In this document: in pieces, positions 1 through 9,598 of the stretch
Layout: each line of letters starts with the position of its first letter
How positions within the stretch are numbered: the first letter of the stretch is position 1
Assembly (NCBI GenBank): GCA_017533325.1
Contig: JAFXIF010000061.1
Coordinates: 28 to 64,027 of the forward strand
Direction: 5' to 3'
DNA: 64,000 bases
DNA from: Alphaproteobacteria bacterium
GTDB taxonomy: Bacteria > Pseudomonadota > Alphaproteobacteria > CAAHEQ01 > UBA3637
Program-made: the position numbers and the translations under genes
The notes under the pieces: model-generated
Database searches by the model: none
What the model saw: only the letters and a program-made list of their open reading frames with translations
Told to the model about the DNA's origin: nothing

Positions 1-290
1 AAAAATCATCAATTTTTTTTGAAAAATTTTGGACATGAAATTTTAAACCCATGGTATAATAAAAGTATGGAAAGGAAAAAGTTCGGAATAAAAAACGACC
101 GTTAGATTTCCGACCATAAAATTTAAAATAACTATTTAAAATAAAACATTTTTTATCATAACACTTAAAAGATTCATAAAATATCTATAACGGGAAAAAA
201 TATATTTTTTTCTATTTAACTCTTTTCTTATTTTTAAAATTTTGCTAGTAATATAAACAAAAGTAAAATCCATAATAAAGGGGAAATTCA

Positions 291-902
291 ATGCCGTTTT
301 TTTCTGCTTTTAATTTTCAAGAATTTTTAAGTGCCTTTTTGGTTATCTTTGCCGCCATTGACTGTATTGGCTCAATCCCAACAATTTTAAGCACAAAACG
401 AAGAGGCGCTGTTGTGAATCCGAACAAAGCAACCATTTGTGCCATGTGTATGCTTTTTGGTTTCTTTTATATCGGAGAAGCTTTTCTTTCCCTCTTTCAT
501 TTGGATATTTCTTCTATTGCCATTGCCGGTTCTTTAATTATCTTTCTTTTCGGTATGGAAATGATTTTAGATGTTGAAATTTTTAAATCGAACGGCCCAT
601 CAAACGTCAAAGATGCCACCTTCATCCCAATTGTATTCCCTCTTTTAACAGGCGCCGGTGTGCTCACAACAATTCTTTCCATTCGTTCACAATATAGCGA
701 TATTAATATGCTTCTTGCTATGTTTGCAAATATCGCTGTGATTTATTTCATTTTAAATTTTGTTGAAAAAATTGAAGCGAAACTCGGTAAAAACATTATT
801 TATATGCTTCAAAAATTCTTTGGCATCATTTTAATTGCCATCGCTGTTAAGTTGTTCATTTCAAATATCACCATACTTATTGCAAAAACAACAATTCAAT
901 AA
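291..902 (+). CDS. MarC family (UPF0056) integral membrane protein
   Basis: 203-aa ORF that is hydrophobic throughout (about 6 TM segments). The N-terminal FLSAFLVIFAAIDCIGSIP-type motif is as I recall for the MarC/UPF0056 family. An aagggga RBS-like element lies about 7 nt upstream of the ATG. Confidence 0.65.
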   Translation: MPFFSAFNFQEFLSAFLVIFAAIDCIGSIPTILSTKRRGAVVNPNKATICAMCMLFGFFYIGEAFLSLFHLDISSIAIAGSLIIFLFGMEMILDVEIFKSNGPSNVKDATFIPIVFPLLTGAGVLTTILSIRSQYSDINMLLAMFANIAVIYFILNFVEKIEAKLGKNIIYMLQKFFGIILIAIAVKLFISNITILIAKTTIQ

Positions 903-909
903 CAAAATA

Positions 910-938
910 TTGACAAAATTCTTTAAATAGGATAAAAT
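910..938 (+). promoter_or_regulatory. Putative sigma70-type promoter (TTGACA-17 nt-TAAAAT) for the 968..2197 ORF
   Basis: TTGACA at 910-915, a 17-nt spacer, then TAAAAT at 933-938, about 30 nt upstream of the ATG at 968. Read directly from the sequence. Confidence 0.35.
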
Positions 939-967
939 ATTGCAACTTATCGATTTAGAGGATTTTT

Positions 968-2197
968 ATGAAAAAAGAAAAAAAACTTTCAAATATAGTT
1001 CAAAAAAAGCTTTTTTGGCAACGCTTTGTCTTAAATTTTTCTATAACCTGGTTCGGGCTTTTTTTGTTAAACACCTCAATATCCACTTCTTTGGATATTA
1101 AACAAAGAATCGAAAATAAAGAAAGCTTTACCAAGCTCAAACTTTCAAATATCATTAACCTGATTTTATTTTATTATTTATTTAATGTGTCATTAAAATT
1201 AAGAAAACAGGAACCGGACGTTCTTTTGAGAAAACCAAGCGCTGCAAAATCGGTTTTAGATGATCTTCGCTATTTTTATGACAAAGAAGAAGATGACGAT
1301 ATTTATTCTTCATTAAAGCCCAAAGATATTGAAAATTTATGCAAAAAAATTGATTTCTCACCTCTTTCATATTCAGAGCAATATGCCATTTTGCAAGGGT
1401 TAATTGTAACGGCCCATAACAATCCGGTTGTTGCCAAAATATTGAAAAGCAATCTCTTACCAAGCACGTTACGCATTGACGACTCCCTCTTAGTCGGCGG
1501 ACAACTTGTTCATGGCGAAAAAATCATCAAAAAAGGGCATATTCTTATTCAAGATCATTTAGATATAACCGCTGTTGCTCATGAACTTTTTCATACAAAA
1601 CAATGTATGGATGGCGCTTTTTTACCAAAAGAATTAAGAAGTTATGCCTCAGTGATGAATGAAGCTCAAGCCAAAGCTTTAAATTTAATACTTGCCGTCA
1701 CCCCCAATCATACAGATTATTTTATCGAATATAAATCAGAGATAAACAATTGGGTCGAACAAATTCAAAATCTTCAACTTTTTGAGGTCCAAAAAGAAAA
1801 TTTGCCTCTTTCAAGACGCGCCAAAATCGGCAAAGCTCAAGAAAGAACAATGGGTATTATTATGAAATGCTTAATTGAGGGAGATGAAGGATTAAGAGAA
1901 CAAATCGCTCAGTCCCTTTGCAAAAATCAATTATCCAAATGGGATTTAGGCGAAATGCATTTTACTGTTGCAAACTGGAGAGATTATTATATTAAAGCGG
2001 GGTATGAAATTCAAGAGGAAAAATTAAAAAAAATCTTACCCTCTTTATCAAAAGAATTAAAACTCATCCCTTTGTTAAATGAATATTATTCAGAAGAAAC
2101 CGGTATTCCTCAATCTCTTGAGGCCGTCAAAATAGATTCTTCAAAACCAAGTGCTTTATATGAATATTTAAATACAAATAAACAAAAAACAAAATAA
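968..2197 (+). CDS. Hypothetical membrane-anchored protein with an HExxH...NEA motif (putative gluzincin-like metallopeptidase)
   Basis: 409-aa ORF with two hydrophobic segments in the first ~75 aa. AVAHELFHTKQ (HExxH) is followed 23 residues after the second His by MNEAQA, resembling the thermolysin-type third zinc ligand motif NEAxxx. An agagga RBS is present. I recognise no overall family. Confidence 0.55.
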   Translation: MKKEKKLSNIVQKKLFWQRFVLNFSITWFGLFLLNTSISTSLDIKQRIENKESFTKLKLSNIINLILFYYLFNVSLKLRKQEPDVLLRKPSAAKSVLDDLRYFYDKEEDDDIYSSLKPKDIENLCKKIDFSPLSYSEQYAILQGLIVTAHNNPVVAKILKSNLLPSTLRIDDSLLVGGQLVHGEKIIKKGHILIQDHLDITAVAHELFHTKQCMDGAFLPKELRSYASVMNEAQAKALNLILAVTPNHTDYFIEYKSEINNWVEQIQNLQLFEVQKENLPLSRRAKIGKAQERTMGIIMKCLIEGDEGLREQIAQSLCKNQLSKWDLGEMHFTVANWRDYYIKAGYEIQEEKLKKILPSLSKELKLIPLLNEYYSEETGIPQSLEAVKIDSSKPSALYEYLNTNKQKTK

Positions 2198-2201
2198 TCC
2201 C

Positions 2202-2252
2202 TGCCCTCTTGATTTTTGGAAAAAAAAGGAATAAAAGAGGGCATATTTATTT
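2202..2252 (+). terminator. Possible rho-independent terminator after the HExxH ORF
   Basis: Inverted repeat tgccctctt (2202-2210) / aagagggca (2235-2243) followed by a T-rich tract. The loop is long (~24 nt), so this call is weak. Confidence 0.3.
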
Positions 2253-2281
2253 ATGATTTTTAATTTTTACAGGAGTTTTTT

Positions 2282-3064
2282 ATGTCATATTATCAACCAG
2301 CAGAAATTGCCACTCTTTTTGCTGACGGCTCAAAAGCAAAAGCTCAAATGCCGTTATTAAAATTCTTTTTATTTGCTATCCTCGGCGGTATTTTCATTGC
2401 ACTTGGCGGATTATTAACCGTTGTTGTTGCAGGCGGAATGCCTTTAACTATGGAATTAAACCCCGGACTTGTTAAATTTATGGCCGGCGCGCTCTTCCCT
2501 GTCGGTTTGATTATGGTCAGTGTTGCCGGCGCTGATTTATTCACCAGCGATTGTGCCGGAATGGTTCTTTCCACCATGCAAAAGAAAACAAACGTTTGGG
2601 CTTTATTAAAAGTTTGGATTTTAGCTTATGCCTTCAACTTTGTCGGCGCACAACTTGTTGCTTTTTTTATGGCGCATAAAACAGGGATTATTGCAGGAGC
2701 CCCCTATAGCGATTATTTACATTCGCTTGCTTATGGGAAACTTAAATATCCATTTGAGACCGTGTTTTTAAAAGGCATCGGCGCGAATGCTCTTGTTTGC
2801 CTTGGAACCTGGATGGGTTATGCCGGTAAAGACATTATCGGAAAAGCTTTAGGCATTTGGGTTCCCGTTATGCTTTTTGTTACGTTAGGATACGAGCACT
2901 CCATTGCCAATATGTTTTTTATTCCGGCTGCAATGTATACCGGCGCTGATATTTCTTGGAGTCAATTTGTTATTGATAACCTTATTCCGGCAACAATCGG
3001 CAATATCGTTGGCGGTGCTGTTTTCATTGGCCTTATTTATGGATATATTTATAACAAAAAGTAA
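2282..3064 (+). CDS. Formate/nitrite transporter (FNT) family channel
   Basis: 260-aa ORF with 6 TM segments. Typical FNT features: an N-terminal region ending in KFFLFAILGG.FIALGG, plus the GADLFTS and GYEHSIANMF signature stretches. An acaggag RBS is present. Confidence 0.85.
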   Translation: MSYYQPAEIATLFADGSKAKAQMPLLKFFLFAILGGIFIALGGLLTVVVAGGMPLTMELNPGLVKFMAGALFPVGLIMVSVAGADLFTSDCAGMVLSTMQKKTNVWALLKVWILAYAFNFVGAQLVAFFMAHKTGIIAGAPYSDYLHSLAYGKLKYPFETVFLKGIGANALVCLGTWMGYAGKDIIGKALGIWVPVMLFVTLGYEHSIANMFFIPAAMYTGADISWSQFVIDNLIPATIGNIVGGAVFIGLIYGYIYNKK

Positions 3065-3084
3065 CCGATTCTTTAATCAATTAA

Positions 3085-3112
3085 AAAGGCGACCTCTCGG
3101 CCGCCTTTTTTA
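3085..3112 (+). terminator. Rho-independent terminator downstream of the FNT gene
   Basis: GC-rich hairpin ggcgacc-tctc-ggccgcc followed by tttttt. Confidence 0.5.
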
Positions 3113-3176
3113 ATTAATCGTTTCCAAACTTTTATTTTAAGTATAAAAAAAACTCCCAATAAAGGGAGCTAAAAGA

Positions 3177-3253
3177 TGGTGGATGTGGCAAGACTCGAAC
3201 TTGCGACCCTTACGATGTCAACGTAATACTCTAACCACCTGAGCTACACATCC
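3177..3253 (-). tRNA. tRNA-Val (anticodon GAC)
   Basis: The reverse complement reads GGATGTGTAGCTCAGGTGGTTAGAGTATTACGTTGACATCGTAAGGGTCGCAAGTTCGAGTCTTGCCACATCCACCA. It has a cloverleaf, a TTGACAT anticodon loop, a GTTCGAGTC T-arm and an encoded CCA. Confidence 0.9.
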
Positions 3254-3356
3254 ATCAGAAGATAACGATATTTATACTCTGTTTATTTTAAAAAAGCAAG
3301 AACTTTTTTTATAAATTCTTATTTTTTTTACTTCTCTTTATTTTTATTAGCCTTTT

Positions 3357-4256
3357 TTATTCATAGACCGTTAAAACAACCCCTAAAATAATGAAGAAAA
3401 AACAAACAATTTTTTTCAAAATTTCATCCGAGTGCAAATCTTCTTTAAATTTACTCCCAAAAATTTTATATAGAACAAAACTATAAAATAACACAAAAAT
3501 CGGCGTTGTTGAGCTAATCCCGGCGCGAACCATAACCGGTAACAACGAAAGCGCAAAAATACCCGTTAAAACAGCCGCTCTGTCCACCACTTCCATTAAC
3601 ATCAAAAGCAAAAAATTATTTTTAAATACTTTAAAATCTTTTTTAATGTTTTTTAAAAATTTCGGATGCAAAAGCGCTAAAAATAAAATGACATCTGATA
3701 AAATCGTGTAATAAAAACAAAAACTGAGCCAATTCATTTCAAACAATGCTTTTTTTGAAAAAATGGTGCTGAGCGTTATCATTAATGAGGCAATAAACAT
3801 TAAATAAAATGCAAAATTAATTTGAAAAGTCACCCCTCTTTTTAAATTTAAAAACAATGTTGCCGCAATAATAATAAAAAATCCGATATATTGCCAAAAA
3901 CAAAGCTTTTCCCCCACAATTACAAAAGCAAAAACAGGAAGTAAAATCTTTCCAAGCGAAAACATCGCCCCCACAACAGATGTATCAATTTTTTTAAGAG
4001 ATTTAAAATACGGCACTTGATATAAAATTTCAAATAGCGCCACAACAAACAAAATCGGCCATACGCCTATCGGCACATATAAGATATCCCATCCCCCCAA
4101 CAAAAGCAAAAAGGGAAGAACAAATAAATTCGTTATCCCTAAATAAAAAATTGTTGCAGAATTTGTTTTAAACATAAAATTAGAGACACGCGCATCTAAT
4201 ATATTTGAAACCGCATGTAACATCGGGGCAATAAAAGCAATTAATAATGCAAACAT
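3357..4256 (-). CDS. DMT-superfamily (EamA-like) membrane transporter
   Basis: 299-aa ORF with ~10 TM segments arranged as two similar halves. The first half ends in VIVGEKLCFWQYIGFFIIIAATLFL, resembling the EamA-domain C-terminal motif. Confidence 0.55.
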   Translation of the reverse strand: MFALLIAFIAPMLHAVSNILDARVSNFMFKTNSATIFYLGITNLFVLPFLLLLGGWDILYVPIGVWPILFVVALFEILYQVPYFKSLKKIDTSVVGAMFSLGKILLPVFAFVIVGEKLCFWQYIGFFIIIAATLFLNLKRGVTFQINFAFYLMFIASLMITLSTIFSKKALFEMNWLSFCFYYTILSDVILFLALLHPKFLKNIKKDFKVFKNNFLLLMLMEVVDRAAVLTGIFALSLLPVMVRAGISSTTPIFVLFYSFVLYKIFGSKFKEDLHSDEILKKIVCFFFIILGVVLTVYE

Positions 4257-4312
4257 AAAATTTCTCTTTTTTTCTTTTGTTTAACACATTTTGATTAAAA
4301 TTGTCAAACAAC

Positions 4313-5533
4313 TCACCATTCTTCTTTCAAAAGTTTTTTGTTCAGCAAAAAGGCATTTAACCCCATTCCGAACCAAAAAAGAAGCAATAACAAAATAAAA
4401 TATTTTAAAGAACCAAAACCCCATAAAGAAGAAAATATCAATAAAATCGCGAAACTTACAATTCTTCCGATATTTAAAAACATTTCTCTTAAAGCAAAAT
4501 ATTCCGTTCTGAACCGTCTTCTGATTGCCTGTATGTTCGCGGTGTTAAACATATTAACTTCAGCTGTTAAATCAAAAAGTTTTACCGCGCTTGCACAACA
4601 AAAATTATAAAAAATAAATGTTCCTTTATCCGGCGAAATAACAAATAAAACCGTTCCGACAAAAGCCATCAAAAAACTCCAACTGATTAATGAAGTAAAT
4701 TTTGTATATGACCCATATTTTGCAAATAAAAGATTTGTTAAAAGCGCAACAAAGTTAAATACCGCCGTGATAATCCCAAGTTTAAAATCCGTTTTGAATA
4801 AATAAACAATATAAAGCGTTACAATCGCATTTAAAGAACCGATTAATGATAAACCGTTAAAAAATTCCATTCTATATAAGTTATTGATAATTTTATCTTT
4901 CCTTGTTCGTTTATAATATCTCCACAAAGAAAATTTTACTCGTCTTTTGGGTTTAGGAAGCCGAAACCTGATTGTTAAAAACAATTCAAATAACATTAAC
5001 GAAAGCAAAAAAAGAATTGTTTTTGAAATGGAATCAACCGTTAAAAAATATCCTAACATCACCGGTGAAAGAATTTTAACGCCCCCTTTAATCGTGTTTA
5101 AAACACCGCGAAAAGAAATCATTTTGGCTCTGGAAATATTTTCGGAAACCATCAAATTCCAAGTAAAGGTTTTAAGCGCCGTTGCCGATCCTAATAAAAT
5201 TGCCGATAAAGGCAGATAGTTTATAACATCTTCCTTTAAAATCATAATGAGCGCCAACGCAACAAAGTTTGTTATAATCCCTATGCGATATAAAAATAAA
5301 CGGTATCCTCTTTTTATTGTGTTCCCACTTACAGAAGCTAAAAAGAAAACAGCCCCGTAAAACATCATAAAATAAGCCGAAATAGCCCATACGTTTTGGT
5401 CTGCTGTTTTAAAGAAATAGGCAACTAAAAAAGTTGTGATAAAAATATTGGTTATTGTATTTAAACAATCAGCCGTCATTAACGAAAAGGTTAATGATTT
5501 AAAGGGATTTAACTTCCTTAGTTGCCTAAACAT
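4313..5533 (-). CDS. Polytopic membrane protein, MFS-like transporter (putative)
   Basis: 406-aa ORF with ~12 hydrophobic segments and a central basic loop (KPKRRVKFSLWRYYKRTRK), typical of 6+6 transporters. The family was not confidently recognised. Confidence 0.45.
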   Translation of the reverse strand: MFRQLRKLNPFKSLTFSLMTADCLNTITNIFITTFLVAYFFKTADQNVWAISAYFMMFYGAVFFLASVSGNTIKRGYRLFLYRIGIITNFVALALIMILKEDVINYLPLSAILLGSATALKTFTWNLMVSENISRAKMISFRGVLNTIKGGVKILSPVMLGYFLTVDSISKTILFLLSLMLFELFLTIRFRLPKPKRRVKFSLWRYYKRTRKDKIINNLYRMEFFNGLSLIGSLNAIVTLYIVYLFKTDFKLGIITAVFNFVALLTNLLFAKYGSYTKFTSLISWSFLMAFVGTVLFVISPDKGTFIFYNFCCASAVKLFDLTAEVNMFNTANIQAIRRRFRTEYFALREMFLNIGRIVSFAILLIFSSLWGFGSLKYFILLLLLFWFGMGLNAFLLNKKLLKEEW

Positions 5534-5536
5534 TTC

Positions 5537-6964
5537 TTATTTTACCAACTCATTTAACAAACGGACACCCCACCCCGTTGCTCCTTTTGGCGTTATGGGA
5601 CGTGATTTTTCATATTTATCAACGCCGGCAATATCAAGATGAGCCCAAGAGGTGCCTTCTTTAATAAATCTGTGTAAGAAGCAAGCTGCCGTGCTGCCAC
5701 CAGCTAAACGACCACCGATATTTTTCATATCAGCAATATCAGAATCAATCATTTTGTCATAGGCTTTATTCATCGGCAAGCGCCACACTTCTTCGTCAAC
5801 TGATTTTCCGGCTGATATAATTTCTTCCACCAATTTATCGTCATAAGAGAAAAGACCCGCATATTCTTCCCCGAGCGCAGCCATCACAGCTCCGGTTAAG
5901 GTTGCTAAATCAATAATCTTTTTCACTTTATAAACTTGTTGCATATACCATAAGCAATCCCCTAAAACAAGACGCCCTTCTGCATCCGTATTTAAAATTT
6001 CAACCGTTTTACCGGAAAGAGAAGTCACAATATCCCCCGGCCGAGTCGCAGAACCAGAGGGCATATTTTCAACAAGGCCGACAATACCGATAACATTATT
6101 TTTCACTTTACGAAGCGCAAAGGATCTCATTGAAGAAACAACAACTGCCGCCCCCGTCATATCCTGTTTCATATCACCCATTCCGGCGCCCGGTTTTAAT
6201 GAAATACCACCGGAATCAAAAGTCACGCCTTTCCCGACAAACCCTATATCAAATGTTTTCTTTTTAGGATTTCCCATCCATTTCATGATTGCAACTTTTG
6301 GCTCATTTTGAGACCCTTGTGCAACCGAAAGCAACATTCCAAATTTTTTTGATTTTAATTCTTTTAAAGACAATATTTCGATTTCAAGTCCTGTATCGGC
6401 AAGCTTTTCAATGAGCTTTGAAAAAATTAAAGGCGTTAAATGATTGGCAGGCTCTGCGCTTAAAGCTCTTGCAAAACAAACACTTTCCAAAATCGGCTTT
6501 GTTTCTTCAAATTGTTTTTTTGCGCCTTTAATATCTTCACAAACAAATGTAACATCTTTTAATTCTTTTTCATTTTTTTTCTTTGATAAATATTTATCAA
6601 ATTTAAAAGAGGCAAGGAACAAACCGGTTGCAACAGCATTTATTTCTTCACTTAAATTTTTTGCATTTAGCGGATAATATGCCGCCTTTTCATCTTTAAT
6701 GGCACCAGCTAATTTTCCGCCTATTTTTTCAAATGCCGTTCTGTTCGGACACTCACCCGTTCCCACAACTAAAATTTTTTCTTCCAATCCTAAAACAGAA
6801 ACAATTTCTCCTTCTTTTGCTTTAAAGTCACATTGTTTTAAAGCTTGTGCAACATATTTTTTTTGTGCCGGCGTTAAACAATTTGTTTTTAATTCAGGCT
6901 TATTTGTTGCAAAAATTTGAACCACATTTTTTTGAATTTCTTTTTTAAAATTAATTGTAATCAT
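5537..6964 (-). CDS. pepA: Leucyl aminopeptidase (M17 family)
   Basis: M17 signature NTDAEGRLVLGDCLWY, together with VGKGVTFDSGGISLKP and the metal-binding stretch MKQDMTGAA. The start was moved to the internal ATG at 6964 (MITINF...), which has an aaagggg RBS. The ORF-track start at 7000 has none. Confidence 0.9.
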   Translation of the reverse strand: MITINFKKEIQKNVVQIFATNKPELKTNCLTPAQKKYVAQALKQCDFKAKEGEIVSVLGLEEKILVVGTGECPNRTAFEKIGGKLAGAIKDEKAAYYPLNAKNLSEEINAVATGLFLASFKFDKYLSKKKNEKELKDVTFVCEDIKGAKKQFEETKPILESVCFARALSAEPANHLTPLIFSKLIEKLADTGLEIEILSLKELKSKKFGMLLSVAQGSQNEPKVAIMKWMGNPKKKTFDIGFVGKGVTFDSGGISLKPGAGMGDMKQDMTGAAVVVSSMRSFALRKVKNNVIGIVGLVENMPSGSATRPGDIVTSLSGKTVEILNTDAEGRLVLGDCLWYMQQVYKVKKIIDLATLTGAVMAALGEEYAGLFSYDDKLVEEIISAGKSVDEEVWRLPMNKAYDKMIDSDIADMKNIGGRLAGGSTAACFLHRFIKEGTSWAHLDIAGVDKYEKSRPITPKGATGWGVRLLNELVK

Positions 6965-7034
6965 TTTTAACCCCTTTGATTGTTTATCTTTTTTTATCAT
7001 AGCAATGTAACAAAAAAGTTAAAAGTATTTTTTA

Positions 7035-9371
7035 TCAGTTTTTAAAAAAACTTTTAAGCCGTGTCGAATTTTTTGAAAGTTCAGTAAATGTTTTCCCCTC
7101 TGCATCTTTTAAATTTAAATCCACATTATTTTCAATCATCACCTCTACAAAAGGATGATATCCGACTAAAACCGCTAAATGAAGCAAAGGAAGTTTTGTT
7201 TTTTCATCTATTGAATTAACATCTGCTCCCGCTTTTAAAAGGATTTTAAAATATTTCATATCCTGTTGCAATAATGCCTGCCTCAACTCTAAATATCCAA
7301 GATTTTTTATTCTGTTTTGCCGGCAAAAACAGTTATTTTTCATCAAAAGGACAACAGCTTCTCGATATGAAAATGTTAAAGCCCATTCAATTGGTGTTTT
7401 TTGATACAAGTAAATTTCATTTAAATGCGCTTTTTTTTCAATTGCTTTTTCAACATAAGGAAGATTATTCGTTAAAATACCTTGAAACAACAAACATTCA
7501 TAAATCTTCCTTTGGCTTTCATAACGCGCAAAAAAGTTTTTATAGTTTTGCGATTTTTTTTGAATTAAGGAAGCACAACTTTGCCCCTCTTCATTCAAAA
7601 GGTAAGGATCAGCCCCATTTGCAAGTAAAAACTTAAAAGCTCCAAAATTATCTTTTTGAATCGCTAAATGAAGAGGTGTCTGTTTATTTTCATCCATCTC
7701 ATTTAAATCTTGGTTTTTACAATCCAAAAATTCAAAAACATGATCTTTTGGGCTTAAAACCGCAAAATGAAAAATCGTTTTTCCTTCAACATCCTTTTCA
7801 CTCAAGGAAGCATTCTTTCCTAAAAGTAATTTTATAATTTTTTTATTGCCGATTTCAAACGCTTTCATTAATGGGGTTTGTTTTTTATAATCTGATTTTT
7901 CTATATCCGGATTCAATGCAAGAATAGATTTAACCAAATTCTCGTTTTCATTACAAACCGCATGAAAAAGAAGTGTTCTTCCTTTACAATCAATGGCGTT
8001 TATATCTATTTTATTTATACCTTTGGTCAGCTTATTTACTTTACCATCCGTTAAGTTCGTTAACAGTCTTGTTAATTCTTTTTGTTTTTCACTCTTCTCT
8101 AATTTCTTTGTCAAATTTAAATCTTTTAACAAAAGATGATATAAAAGAAATAAATTTTGTTCCACAACATCAAGTTGCCGGTGAATCATTTTATTCATTT
8201 CACTGAGAGCTACTTTTAACATTAAGCCGGAAACATAAGGCATAAAAATAATAAAAGCATTCTTTAAAATAAATTTCATAAGCTTTTTTAAATAGGCTTT
8301 TTCGAAAGCTAATCTCCTATTTAAGGCATATAAAAATTTATCCGGCTCCACCGGTATTTTTTCCAACGGCATATCCGAAACAAAAAGATGTTTTTTTAAA
8401 AGAAACTTCAAATATGCTGCATAAGCCGTTTCTAATTTGAATGGTAGCGAAAATTCTGTTTTAAGCTTTCTCCAATCAGTGTGAATATTCATAATATCTT
8501 GCAACTGAACGGATAAAGAAAATTTTTGCCACAAATCTCCCCATTTTGATTTTTCGCTTTCAGAAACAGCATTGAATAAATCAGCTTCTGAAATCTGAAT
8601 ATTTTTATTTAGCCCTTCTTGTTCTTTCTTTAAAATCTTATCTTGAACAAATAACACCTCTTCAAATAAGTCTTTAAAAAACTTTTGAAAAACAGATTGG
8701 CTATTTTGCGCTGTATCCCAATCTAAATTCTCATTTTGCTTAAATAAATCACATTTTTTTTGAACTATGTCTAAAAAAATCTGACACATATCCTCTAAGT
8801 TCAAAGGTTTTAAGTCTTCAAAAGATTTTCCCTCGTTATAAAAAAATTGTTGTTCGCTCATATTCAAGCTTAAAGGATACAAATCAAAATCTTCTTTAAA
8901 TTCAACAAGATGCGGTTGATTTTCAACTTGCCATTCAAAACTTGTTTCATCAGAGTCTAAACAAACATTTTTGGAATTTTTTTTCTTTTTTTCAAGAATA
9001 TTTTCCCTCATTCTTAAACAAGCTTCTAAAAAAACCGGTCTAAGCGGTGAATTTGTTTTTTTTAAAATATTGACGATAAAAAGATCATCATCAAATTGCT
9101 TAAACGATAATAAAAGCTCATTATATTCCCTAATCAAATTTAATTTGTCATATAATGAATATTTCGATTTTTCTTCAAACGAAAAAAAAAGCTCAACTTC
9201 TTTTTGCCAAATGGCTAAAATGATTTTTTCAAAAGTTTTAAACTGCACTTCAAAATCAGAAAGATTTTTTAAATCCTGCAACCACTTTTTTTGTTCTTTT
9301 AACACCGGTAAAGTTTTTTGCATTTGAGTAGCGTTTGTATTGAAAATTAAATCAGATGAGTCTTGAAACAT
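7035..9371 (-). CDS. Ankyrin-repeat protein with a large N-terminal domain of unknown function (effector-like)
   Basis: The C-terminal ~320 aa contain about 7 ANK-like repeats, e.g. GRTLLFHAVCNENENLVKSILALNPDIEKSD, KQTPLHLAIQKDNFGAFKFLLANGADPY and KLPLLHLAVLVGYHPFVEVMIENNVDLNLKD. The start is set at Met12 (ATG 9371), which has a GGAG RBS 8 nt upstream, because the predicted -10 element overlaps the ORF-track ATG at 9404. Confidence 0.85.
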   Translation of the reverse strand: MFQDSSDLIFNTNATQMQKTLPVLKEQKKWLQDLKNLSDFEVQFKTFEKIILAIWQKEVELFFSFEEKSKYSLYDKLNLIREYNELLLSFKQFDDDLFIVNILKKTNSPLRPVFLEACLRMRENILEKKKKNSKNVCLDSDETSFEWQVENQPHLVEFKEDFDLYPLSLNMSEQQFFYNEGKSFEDLKPLNLEDMCQIFLDIVQKKCDLFKQNENLDWDTAQNSQSVFQKFFKDLFEEVLFVQDKILKKEQEGLNKNIQISEADLFNAVSESEKSKWGDLWQKFSLSVQLQDIMNIHTDWRKLKTEFSLPFKLETAYAAYLKFLLKKHLFVSDMPLEKIPVEPDKFLYALNRRLAFEKAYLKKLMKFILKNAFIIFMPYVSGLMLKVALSEMNKMIHRQLDVVEQNLFLLYHLLLKDLNLTKKLEKSEKQKELTRLLTNLTDGKVNKLTKGINKIDINAIDCKGRTLLFHAVCNENENLVKSILALNPDIEKSDYKKQTPLMKAFEIGNKKIIKLLLGKNASLSEKDVEGKTIFHFAVLSPKDHVFEFLDCKNQDLNEMDENKQTPLHLAIQKDNFGAFKFLLANGADPYLLNEEGQSCASLIQKKSQNYKNFFARYESQRKIYECLLFQGILTNNLPYVEKAIEKKAHLNEIYLYQKTPIEWALTFSYREAVVLLMKNNCFCRQNRIKNLGYLELRQALLQQDMKYFKILLKAGADVNSIDEKTKLPLLHLAVLVGYHPFVEVMIENNVDLNLKDAEGKTFTELSKNSTRLKSFFKN

Positions 9372-9395
9372 AAAATAAACTCCAAAAAACAACTT

Positions 9396-9424
9396 ATGAT
9401 ACATAAAATTTTATGATTTGTCAA
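9396..9424 (-). promoter_or_regulatory. Putative sigma70-type promoter (TTGACA-17 nt-TATCAT) of the ankyrin gene
   Basis: On the minus strand, TTGACA is at 9424-9419 and TATCAT at 9401-9396, with a 17-nt spacer. Confidence 0.4.
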
Positions 9425-9598
9425 TCAAATTAAAAAAGAATAACGCTAACACATTGTGTAACGATAAAAGAGTTATCAGAGCAAATGTCCCTCAACAAAA
9501 ACAACATGACCTTGCTATATTTTGTTTGATTTAAAAAATATGGTTATGTATACTTATACCTGTTAAAAAAATTTTTCTCTATTTAAGCATATAATAAC

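Noticed and set aside
1-36. A possible start of a minus-strand gene running off the left edge (ATG at 36-34, MSKIFQKKLMIF...), and a TGnTATAAT extended -10 at 52-60 on the plus strand.
   Set aside because: Only 12 codons are visible, there is no RBS, and no family can be recognised. The promoter-like element has no obvious target within 200 nt.
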